NCBI RefSeq assembly: GCF_004010195.1
Contig: NC_057734.1
Coordinates: forward strand, 17,422,133 to 17,473,002
Source: Chiloscyllium plagiosum
Lineage: Eukaryota
Length of the DNA: 50,870 bases
Direction: 5' to 3'
Shown here: piece by piece, positions 35,711 to 46,585 of the stretch
Position numbering within the stretch: the stretch's first letter is position 1
Layout of the letters: each line of letters opens with the position of its first letter
Made by a program: the position numbers and the translations under genes
The notes under the pieces: model-generated
Seen by the model: the letters and a program-made list of their open reading frames with translations, nothing else
Told to the model about the DNA's origin: nothing
The model's database searches: none

Positions 35711-36007
35711 TAGACAAACAGGAGCTGCAGCAATCTGTTGTACTGTTTCATTCCAGCGTCCAAAGTTATACAAGAGGACTCCTGCAGTTTATCTAAGCAT
35801 AAGGTTGGTGATGACTGGGAAGAGACTTTTGCAGTGTGAAGAGATCTTCAACATTCTTGGTTTATCTGGTTCGTAGTGTTCAAATGAAATCTTTACTCAA
35901 TGACTGATTCTAACATTTGATTCTTTGGGAGTTTCACCATGTTACCTGTGTATTTTTTTTAAACATGTAACACTTCCTGTTTATTCTATTGCATTTTATT
36001 TATTAGC

Positions 36008-36129
36008 AATAAACCTAGAATTCTGGTTTCATAAGTTTCAATGTTCATATTTTAATCAAAATATGATGATCAGATGTGAAACTGATACAGATCAATCAGC
36101 CAGAGCGTGTTATTGTTGGAAACAATAAA
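36008..36129 (+). terminator. Candidate polyadenylation signals of TFIP11 (AATAAA at 36008 and 36124)
   Basis: Two canonical hexamers 300-420 nt after the stop in an AT-rich UTR. Confidence 0.55.
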
Positions 36130-36311
36130 GTGAAGAATTCTATTGAAGTGGACCACAATACACTGATGACCATCCCCATCTAATTTCAGGAGTCATGCTC
36201 ACTACAACAATGTTGCTATCTGTTATTTGAGGATAAACTTGTTCTGCTTTTCTGTATTTGCTCTCCCTATGGTACACACTAGAGGCTGGAATCAATTAGC
36301 TGAATTTTTTT

Positions 36312-36626
36312 AGATTAGATTCCCTACAGTGTGGAAACAGGCCCTTCAGCCCAACAAGTTCGTACCGACCCTCTGAAGAGTAATCCACTCAGACCCATTT
36401 CCCTCTGACTTATGCACCTAACGCTATGGGCAATTTAGCATGGCCAAATCACCTGACCTGCACATCTTTGGACTGTGGAAGGGAACCGGAGCACCTGGAG
36501 GAAGCCCACGCAGACACAGGGAGAATGTGCAAACTCCACACAGATAGTCATCCAAGGCTGGAATCGAACCTGGGTCCCTGGCGCTGTGAGGCAGTAGTGC
36601 TAACCACTGAGCCAACATGCCGCCCC
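36312..36626 (-). mobile_element. HE1-type SINE, near full length
   Basis: Reverse complement 'ggggcggcatgttggctcagtggttagcactactgcctcacagcgccagggacccaggttcgattccagcc' (A and B boxes) to tail 'tgtagggaatctaatctaa'. Confidence 0.92.
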
Positions 36627-37945
36627 AAATTGTACCACTGTCATATGACTGCAATATAGTAACTAGAACTGTTCATCTCTCACTATTTCCAGTTCTCCTT
36701 CCCAGGGTTAAAAAGAGTACAACTAGCCCTATATCAGGGTGAAGTGATATGCCAGTCAAGTGAGCAGGGTAAGCTGCATTCCACTGTCATCAGAATCCTC
36801 TCTCTTCCCAAGGCGAGGATCAATTATTGAGCCTTCAGTCCATTCCTGGTGACAGAATAGTTTCTAATGAACAGACAAACATAACCTTCACAAATAGTCT
36901 TGCGCGTATTATGTACGCAGTCATACTTTGAAGTGTAACTCCAGCTTTATTCAGTAAGACTGTAAATCTCATCAAATGGAGGATCTACTAATGATCAATT
37001 AACTTATGTCAGAAAAAACAGCCTTGTAACTTCCTACAATTTCCCCTAAAATAGATAAAATGGTGTCTCCCCAAGGTGAGCAGCAAGAGATTTACAAATT
37101 TCTGCCAATCAATAAATTTTCATCAGCCTTGCAATTAATGTGTAAATGCCTGCTTACAGTTATCTAGCCAACAAAAAAGGGCTAAATTAAACATTGCTCC
37201 ACCACAGCAGTAAAGTGATGCATTGTTTCCAATGAATGTATCTTAAAACTATACTGAAATGTTTAACCTTCCTCTGTATTTTTTTAAATTCCAGCAGGAA
37301 TCTTCCAGAAAAAGCTTGCCACATTTTATTTCTGGATGCTTCACAGTTTTTGGGAAAAAATTAGTTGTGTGATAATGTATAGTTTGTATTTTTTTCACTT
37401 TTTTGTTTTGTTTTCACCAGCCTTGTATGTTTGTAAATTTTCTTTCATCTTTGTGATGTAACTGTTCACAAATTCATTTTAATGTCCTTTCATTATCTTT
37501 CTGACATTCTTTGTCATTGAATAGTTTTCTATTCAACAGAATGCAGATTATTTAAATCCTGACACTCCTCTGTGAATGAAATTCTCCCTCCTCTATTTTT
37601 TAAAACCTTATTAAAACTATGAAGGTGGACAAATAAATGCATGTTCTGGTGCGTATACTTATGGAAGACATCTTTTGATGTTTTCAGTTGCCAATTAACT
37701 TGTATATCTCCATTATTTTCTGTTTTTATTTCAGGAGATCTATGGTGAGCAAGTCTGTAATTTTTGCAGACCCCATTTCCCTGCAGAATCTCTGAAGCTT
37801 GTATCATATTGAGAGTGATGGAGGAAAACCTTCCAAGTGTGCCATATAGCTGATGGGAGGCTATCATCCATATAGTCGTATGCAAAATGTACTGTTTTAA
37901 AGATATGAAAAGTTTAGAATGGTGCATATTGAGGAATATTTATTT

Positions 37946-38710
37946 GCTATGGTTCTGTTCGCCAAGCTGGAAGTTTTTGTTGCAAACGTTTCGTCCCCTG
38001 TCTAGGTGACATCCTCAGTGCTTGGGAGCCTCCTGTGAAGCGCTTCTGTGGTGTTTCCTCCGGCATTTATAGTGGCCTGTCCCTGCCGCTTCTGGTTGTC
38101 AGTTTCAGCTGTCCGCTGTAGTGGCCGGTACATTGGGTCCAGGTCGATGTGTTTGTTGATGGAGTATTCGCCAAAAACGGATATCCTCGCAATTTCATCA
38201 ACAGATGCCTAAGGGAAAGACAACGGAACGAGGACATGCCGCAACCCAAAGGACTAGCCACACTACCATACATCAAGAACATCTCTGAAATGACAGCCAG
38301 ACACTGCGACCACTAGGACTTATAACAGCACACAAACCAACAGCCACACTCAGACAACAACTCACCAACACGAAGGACCCGATACCCAGTATGAGCAAAA
38401 CTAATGTAGTGTACAAAATACCATGCAAGGACTGCACAAAACACTACATAGGACAAACAGGAAGACAGCTAACAATCCGCATCCATGAACATCAACTNNN
38501 NNNNNNNNNNNNNNNNNCTGAAACTGACAACCGGAAGCGGCAGGGACAGGCCACTATAAATGCTGGAGGAAACACCACAGAAGCGCTTCACAGGAGGCTC
38601 CCAAGCACTGAGAGTGTCACCTAGACAGGGGACGAAACGTTTGCAACAAAAACTTCCAGCTCGGCAAACAGAACCACAGCAACGAGCACCCGAGCTACAA
38701 ATCTTCTCAC
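37946..38710 (+). mobile_element. PLE family C with 5' inversion; RT-thumb/GIY-YIG remnant
   Basis: 'NGYPRNFI...LPYIKNISE...[21 protein letters not shown]' (GIY-YIG); 37946-38162 is an inverted copy of the 3' end; perfect 12-bp TSD gaatatttattt (37934-37945, 38711-38722). Confidence 0.95.
38498..38517. other. Assembly gap (20 N)
   Basis: Run of n characters inside the PLE. Confidence 1.
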
Positions 38711-40809
38711 GAATATTTATTTACCAGATTTATCAGTTCTTTTGCAAATATGGTTTAAAGCTGACATCAAAAACTTGGAAGCTAGAGGTACAGATTCCAT
38801 AAGAGAGAAAGTTTACTTTAGTCCAGGAATATGAGTTTTTTTGGTCAGAAGATTCTGTACTCACTCATTTAGTTTAATCAGCATACAAATCTTTCCTTTT
38901 TGCTAAGTATTGTTTTGGTCATGCAATTGTGGACCCCTGCTATGACAGCTGTTTTGCTGCTTAAAAACAGTGATGTAATAGGGAGGTGCTGTATACAGGA
39001 AATGTGAATCTTTACTTACAATTGGGTGTTTTTGCTCCAGATTCTTCTCTTTGATTTAGTAATGCCAGATATTTTTCTCCCGCTGAAGCCATTTGTTTAA
39101 GCTTACTTTAGCTTCATAAAAAGTGCTTTTACCTATCCTGTATCTGGGTAATGTGCATGCAATGAGTAAGAATTGATTAGAAAATCCTCAGTGCTGTATT
39201 TTGACTTAGTTGATCTTGTTTAACTTTTGGAGGGCAGTGGAATAAAACTGCTAAATACATCTGATAAATATTAGATGTATCAGTCATCAGAAACAATGGC
39301 AAGCTGGATTTTACACTGGTTGTAAACTTTTATCATTCCAAAGATGAAGAGTAAAGTAACTTGTGTTTGCGAAACAATTATTTCTTGAGTATTTTTGAAT
39401 AAAATGCCTAGTGTGAAAAGTTCAAGGCTGTTAGCTATATTTTTGAATATGAACTGCTTTGTAAGTTCTAAAATGGTTGACATTGTTTTAATTGCTGAAT
39501 TCTCCGCAACTTACTGTACTTCAGTTTCCAGTTGATGAAGGTTGGCATTGAAAATGTGCATGCTATCATTGGTCGGTTTCCTTGCATTTTTTTCACAAAC
39601 TGTCAGCCCTGATATTTATTGTTTATTCATGCACAGGTTACCAACAAGGTGTTTTTTCCAGTTAACGGTAGTTACCACATCGGAATTAAAGCTTGAATAC
39701 AAATCTTTAGTAAAATAAGCATTAGAGCTTTTCAAATCTTCCATTCATAATATTCATCTGTCCTAGTTGAAGCATTTTGATAATGTCCCTGGTTTTATTT
39801 TGTCCCAAACATTCCTCAGTACAGTTATCTCTGCCAAGGATAGCATGACTCCAGCATAATTCTAATATTTATTAGTGCCCATCTCAGAATTAATTAACTG
39901 CAATGGGAACTTCCTTGGAAAAGCCTAAGTACATTTTATGAGCGGTAAGTCAATGGATATGTTGGGGATGATGAATTTGACTGACATTCTTTAATTTAAG
40001 CTTCATAGAGTGGTAGAAAAGAAATCTGATGAGAAAACTAATTGTTTTTTTCTAAATAGATTGCAGTCAGGAAATTCTTGAATCCATGTGCGTGATGTTC
40101 TTCTTGTGGAACAGGCCACCACACAACTTTTGTGTCAAACATTTTGAAACAGAGGTTTTTTGATACCTGGTGATTATCACTTCTTCTTCTTTTCCTTTCT
40201 TCTGTGACATTATACTTCAATCTTCTTAAGCATTCTTCATCACTGTACCCTATTTGGCCATTCACCCTTTAGAAATAGGACTTTTATCTGGAAGCATACA
40301 AAAAACATGCTAAAAATCCATGCTAAGAATATCTTTAGGTTTATAAGCATTCATTATTTATCTCTTCATTCAGTTGAAATTTCCTTTGGTAAGACAGGTA
40401 AATGTTTCTTCTGAAATTCCAAATAGCTATTGCAATATTTAATTTATTAGTACTTAATGAATGGAAGGGCTTTAAATTCCAGCAGTTGAATATTTTTGCC
40501 CCAGGAGCCTGGAACCTCCCATATGCTATATGGTATGCTTTATCTTTGTGGTTGTTTGAAACACACTTTTCTAGTCAAAGAATGAATCTCCATATAATTT
40601 CTAGATGCTTTTCTAGATTGTGCCGATCTCTACAAATTCCCTGCTTCGCCTTTCTGTCTTATGCTCTAAACCCTTTTGTTTTCATTCATCTCAAGCTCTC
40701 TGGGATCAAGGCATTCTTTAAACTTCAAAATACTTAAAACGTTGTGCAGTTTAGTCACATGTATAACAGATTGCGAACAGCAAAACAATATGACACCGCA
40801 AAAGATGCT

Positions 40810-40993
40810 AGGAGAAAGTGAGGACTGCAGATGCTGGAGACCAGAGTTGAAAAGTATTGCACTGGAAAAGCACAGCTGGTTAGGCAGCATCTGAGAAGCA
40901 GGAGACTCGATTTTTCAGGCTTGAAATGTTGACTCTCCTGCTCCTCGAATGCTGCCTGACCTGCTGTGCTTATCCAGTGCAACACTTTTCAAC
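40810..40993. repeat. Fold-back PLE family A end (hammerhead core deleted at the symmetry axis)
   Basis: 40845-40918 and 40921-40993 are imperfect inverted copies centred on 'tttcaggcttgaaa'. Confidence 0.8.
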
Positions 40994-41130
40994 ATGACCA
41001 AAGATGTGCCAAGTTGTGTAGTAACTGAAAGGGTGCAACATTTTTATATGTTTCTTTTCACACTTGAAAATTATACATCGATCCTTTATGCAGGGATAAC
41101 TATTAATTGACCAAATTAAGCATCTGAGAG

Positions 41131-41466
41131 GGGAGGCAATTGTTTGGTAGTATTATCGCTGTTAATCCTGAGATCCAGGTAATGTTCTCAGGAACTGGAT
41201 TCAAATCCTAGCATGGCAAATGGTGGAATTTGAATTCAGAGTCAAATGATGACTATGAATCCTTTGTCGATTGTCAAAAAAACCCATCTGGTTCACTAAT
41301 GTCCTTTAGGAATGGAAGCCTGCCATTCTTATCTGGTCTGACATGCATGTGACTCCTGAGCCACAGCAATGTGATTGACTTTTAACTGCCTTCTGGGCAA
41401 TTGGGGATGGGCAATAAATGCTGGCCTAGCCAGTGATGTCCTCATTCTATGAATAAATTAAAAAAG
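41131..41466 (+). mobile_element. tRNA-derived SINE (SacSINE1/Deu-like family)
   Basis: Head and body align with 13536-13822; tail 'gggatgggcaataaatgctggcctagccagtgatg...tgaataaattaaaaaa'. Confidence 0.8.
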
Positions 41467-43509
41467 ATGGATTACACATGAGGGAGGATAATATATACTG
41501 ACTATAATACAAATTTAATGAACTTTAAATAGATTCTGGAATGAAAATCAACCGTAGTAAAGGGTTCTACTACTTAGGAAACTAGTAACACATGGCACTG
41601 CAACTCCCAGAATAAATGGGAGTTTAAAAAAAAACTTAATTTTTGGTTAAATTTAAATTGTTGCATCTGGGTCTGATGGCAAGTTTGGTAATCATGTTGG
41701 GAATCAGAGAGTGAGTTTATGATGGGGGTTAATGGGGTTTGACGAAACAGTGCAATTCATGAGTTTTGGGCTGCAACATTCCATAGCGTAAGTTTTAAAA
41801 CTGAAGTCTAGCGACTCCAGAAAATTCCTGCAGATTGCACCGAGGTACCACTGTATGTATGATGTGCTGTTAGTGGCAACTTAAAAACTTTTCACTGTAC
41901 TCATTTGAGTATGTATGACAATAAAGCTAATTCATTTCAGTTCAGATATCCCAAAGATCCAAGTAGTGCTTTTGAATAAATTGGTAATTATTTGTGTGTT
42001 ATTTGCAGGTAATAAGCTTTTTACATTATTGTAAGTTTCCTTTTGTTTGCTGAGTTATTTCTTTCAGATTACACCAGTGTGTACCAGCATTGGTAAAGGA
42101 TCTCAAGGACTGTGCCACCACTATAGGCATTTAGATGAGTATGTGAACATTTGCAGGGAGTCTCAGCATGTCACTGTTTCCAGCGCTTCTTGGGGGAATG
42201 CCATTGATTACAGAGGGTCTGAGGGAGTTTGCTGCCTTTTATAGAGGATCCTGATTTGTCAACATTTTAAGGGGTTTTGGTGAGTGTAATTGTTTACAGG
42301 GGTCTCAGTGAAGTGTGCCACCTTTTGCAGGGTCTCTTATGGGAGTGTCTCACCATTTACATGGAGCTTGGGGTACCGCATTGTCATTTGCACTGGGTCT
42401 CAGGAGTTTGCAGCAACATTTGCCTGGGCTCTTGGAGAAACTTGGCAACATTAAGAGGGCCTCTTGGATAGAATGTGTGTGTTTGGAATACAACAGTTGT
42501 GTTTCAGTTGATACTGAAAATAGAGTTCCTCATTGTACCTGGCCCCAAATTCACAGTACAGCTCTAACGTTGACATGAAGCACATTTTGCACCAGTTCTA
42601 CTGATACGTAAATTTACTCTTAAAGGAATGTCAGCATTGGGAGTGGGTGGAGTTTCTCTTGGGGCATCTTAATGGGACTTGGACAATTTTAATAGAGATC
42701 TAAAAATATGAATGAAAAATAGATTGTAAAACACTTGAGCTGTGATACAATGAATCTTTCCTTAGTCACTGGTGTGGTAGTGTTTGTGGGGCTGGAGAAA
42801 GAGAGTGGATTTGAGGTCTACGGTACTTTGTATGAATTCAAGATCCAGTTGAGGAATTGTACGGGGATGTGGATGGTAATCTGGAGCATTTGGTTGATTT
42901 GGAGATGTGATAGGGAGTGGTTGGGATTAGTGAAGTACTATGTGGGGCATTTGATTGGTGGCTGGGGTTTTTGATTAAGGGTTGGGGCTGTATCTTGGAG
43001 GATGTTGGGAGGTGCTGTGGAGCCAGTATATTGGCATGGGGGTCTGGCTATGTCTGGAGGGGTTTAATGGACTGTGGGCATCAATATGGGGCATTTGTAT
43101 ACTGACTGTGGGGGCTGCTCAGATTGATGTGGGGTGTTTGAGGTATTTAGAAAATTGTGGCAGTGTATGAATTATTTAGTGAGATGAGTGTGGGGTATCT
43201 GGGTTATTTCGATGGTTCTGGCAGTCTCTGGAGGGGTATAATGCTAGCTGACGGGGAGCATTTGCGTGTTTCAGTGCAGTGGTAATAGGTTTAGTGGGAG
43301 ACGGGAAGTTGATGTGGGATATTTGGGAATGTTTTTTAGTGGGGATTAATGGAACCGTGGATTGAATTTGGGTGTTTGAGACTGTAGCTGTCTGCGGGTT
43401 GGGGTGGGTGAAGATTAGTGGGACAGTGATGGTAGTTCTGGGCACTGGGTGAACGCGGGGCTGATTGAATTGGGATGTGGTAGCTGAGGAGGTGGGGTGT
43501 GGGGGGGGG

Positions 43510-44370
43510 GTTCCAGTCTGGCGGTGCTGAGCGCCTGTAACTCGGGATCCCGCAGCCATATCCGTTATATCGCAGAACTCCAGAAGAGAGGAAGGATCCG
43601 AGTGCCAAAGGAGGGAGGGGGGGGAAAGTATGTGGAACAACATGGCGAAGTTTTAATAAACGGAGCTAGAATCCGGGAGTGGGGGAGGCGGACTACATTG
43701 GAGAAGCTTTTGTCCGGGTGGATGGGGATATTTGCCGGTGTTGGGACCAGCCAGTGAGTCCCCAGCAGCAGTACCATGGAAGCAGACAGCAAGAGAGAGA
43801 AGGTGAGTAACAGCAACCCTTCCCCCTTCACTAATTATTGTTTCAGTTCGCTTTCCCCGTTTTTCCAGCGAACTCTCCGTCCTTTTGAATCGCAAGAAAA
43901 AGCTGACAAGAGGGGTGGGGCAATCAAACTTTTGTTTAACTTTTCAAAGTCACTCGTGTGCTTGCTTTTCCCACACAATGGGGGGGGAAAAACAGTTCGA
44001 TTCTGCATCAGTTTTTTTTCCCCATGAGATTTAAGTTCAATAAACCGCATCTAAGGGCGCATTTAATCTCCGGTTAATCTCTAAACCACAGAGAGAGTGT
44101 TGTTACAGAAGTGTTTCTCTCTCTTCCCCCCCCCCCCCCCTCTCTGTCTTGCTGCACCAGAGCTGAGAGCATTGGGCCTGTGAATAGTGGAAACACAGCG
44201 TTCCTGCCATCGCCATCGAACGATCCCCCAACTAATTCAGCTCCTAAAGGGATGAGTTTTGTAACCCCCAGCCTGAAACTGGGGAGCCCTGTCCGCGCGT
44301 TCTGTCCAGGGTCTCCATACCCCGTCCTGTGTTCCAGTGAACAAACTTTTTGGGAGCTCGGGTAACATTC
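43510..44370. promoter_or_regulatory. CpG-island promoter of a downstream gene
   Basis: CpG-rich; YY1-type CAACATGGCG 43638-43647; GGAGGCGG/ACTACA motifs at ~43684-43697; strong donor at 43803. Confidence 0.75.
43776..43802 (+). CDS. Putative first exon ORF (MEADSKREK) of an unidentified gene; may be a uORF
   Basis: Kozak ACCATGG, 9 codons, AAG|GTGAGT donor; no recognisable homologue. Confidence 0.4.
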
Positions 44371-44849
44371 TAACGGTTCCTTACTTTTGAAGTAAGGAAT
44401 GTTGTTCGCTTTCAAGAGGGGATAGAGAAAGAGAACAAATAAAACAAATCAAAACCTCGCATTTCGAATTCACCTTCACTGCCAATAACTGGCTCACCAC
44501 CCTTACACTTTCCACACGTAAATTCTCCCTGCCTCAGAACTGGCTTCTTTTTTACAAACCGGTGACCGAAGAAACATGAAAAACAAGGGTGGGTAATTAA
44601 CCAATGCAGAGGCCTTACTTGTACTAGTGTCTGCTTGTTGTGCTTAAGAATTGAGGTTCATTGAAACCATCATCTGATCCCCGAGAGGAAATCGTACCTC
44701 TTAAAGTCCATCTTTGGAAATAAAAGGATGTTAGTTCATGTTTATTTACTTGTGATGGTGGCAGTGGTGAGGGTGTTCATCTATGTAGGTAACAACTGAT
44801 GAGATTTTTATTTTAAGGATGAAGATGTTGTAAATTGCTTTGTTTGTGT

Positions 44850-45200
44850 GGAGGTGCAACTCATTGAAACCTAGAAATTCTTACAAGGTGGATGTACATA
44901 GGATAATATCTCTATCAACTAAGTACAGGACAGTCTCAGAATAAGGACTAAACCTGATTAGGACTGAGATAAGGAGGAATTACCTCACTCACAGGGTGGA
45001 CAATCTTTGGAACACTCTACCACAGAGGATCGTGGAAGCTCAACTATTGAACAGATTTATAATAGAGATTGATAGATTTCTGGATACTGTTGATATCAGA
45101 GGATAGTGTGAGAAAGTGGTGTAATGATGGATGATCAGCCACAGTCTAATTGAATCAGAGAGCAGGATCGAGGGGCTGAACCATTTACCGTTGCTATGTT
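44850..45200 (+). mobile_element. Old CR1 3' end
   Basis: 'aggactgagataaggaggaattacctcactcacagggtggacaatctttggaacactctaccacagagg'. Confidence 0.7.
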
Positions 45201-45732
45201 CGTGTGACTAGTATGAGCCCCGAGTGATAGAATGCAGGATGAAACCTTCACAATGCTCAGTTCATGACCTGGACTATTCTGAGTAATGTAAATTTGACTG
45301 TAGGCCATGCAATTGTGAGCGAGATTGGACTATTATACAGCCCAGGGTGTCCATCCTTAAGATCTCCATCATTGGTTCAATGCTGGGAATAGGTTAGTGG
45401 CTCTCTATGGTCCTTTACATTGAGACTGGATAGGCAGAAAAAGAAGGATTGTTAAACTTGAAGGGGATAAATTACCAATAAAAAAAATGACGCAATCACC
45501 ACGATTACAGGAAATAACTCAACTATCATGTGTTTTACATAAAATCCTCCTCCTGCCCAGATGTTGAGAATCTTGGAAAAATAAAACAAATCTTTGCATC
45601 AGTTGGAATTAGTGTCTAAGCAGATGAGGCATGTAATCTATTTAAAGGCTGGATTTATATATTGCATGTTTTAAGACAAGTATTGGGTTACAACTTTGAT
45701 TCTCAAATTCCCCTCACCTCTTTCATAGTATA

Positions 45733-45865
45733 AAAGCAAACTACTGTTGGTGCTGGAAATCTGAAATAAGAAACAAAAATAACTGCAAATGTTCAACAGG
45801 TCAGACAGCATCTGTGGAGAGAAACAAAGTAAATGTTTCAGATTGATGACCTTCCATCAGAAACA
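45733..45865 (-). repeat. PLE family D end fragment
   Basis: Reverse complement includes 'tctgatggaaggtcatcaatctgaaacatt'. Confidence 0.6.
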
Positions 45866-46133
45866 ATATAGTTTGATTTCTGCATGCATAAGGGCCCAAT
45901 GGCCTGTTTTCACTTCGTAGGGATTCAATGGGCTCTGCTGCCATTTGCTGTGGTTGAATTTCAAAGTTGTGTTTCTGACTGCTCAGAGGTCAGCCAAATT
46001 ATTTGACTACACTGATGGATGTAGTTTCATTGTGGACAGAATTTCTTTTAAACCCACTTCAGAATTTGTTTGACATTGCTTTTTGGAAAAAAATTATTTT
46101 GTGTTTGGGCACTGATAAAGTTTTCACAAAACA

Positions 46134-46585
46134 TAGTCATAGACATGTACAGAATGGAAACAAACCCTTCGGTCCAACCCGTCCATGCCAACCAGATATC
46201 CCAACCCAATCTAGTCCCACATCCCTCCAAACCCTTCCTATTCATATATCCATCCAAATGCCTCTTAAATGTTGCAATTGTACTAGCCTCCACCACATCC
46301 TCTGGCAGCTCATTCCATACACGTACCACCCTCTGCGTGAAAAGGTTGCTCCTTAGGTTTCTTTTATATCTTTCTCCTCTCACCCTAAACCTATGCCCTC
46401 TAGTTCTGGACTCACCCACACCAGGGAAAAGACTTTGCCTATTTACCTTATTCATGCCCCTCATGATTTTATAAACCTTTATAAGGTCACCCCTCAGTCT
46501 CCGACGCTCCAGGGAAAACAGCCCCAGCCTGTTCAGCCTCTCCCTATAGGTCAAATCCTCCAACCCTGGCAACACCTTTGTAAAT
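46134..46585 (-). mobile_element. CR1 LINE 3' end
   Basis: ORF 46048-46575 '[43 protein letters not shown]..'. Confidence 0.93.

Noticed and set aside
36560-36626. tRNA-like A/B boxes (also at 1765, 13544, 19600, 26790, 41135)
   Set aside because: SINE heads, not tRNA genes; no complete cloverleaf and they run into SINE bodies.
37736-37745. Apparent 10-nt micro-exon (tttatttcag|GAGATCTATG|gtgagc) on +
   Set aside because: Lies past the TFIP11 poly(A) signals with no gene context; cannot be supported.
39021-40266. Possible minus-strand exons (40167-40266 'VNGQIGYSDEECLRRLKYN', ~39515-39610, ~39021-39100)
   Set aside because: Weak acceptors, inconsistent phases, no recognisable protein.
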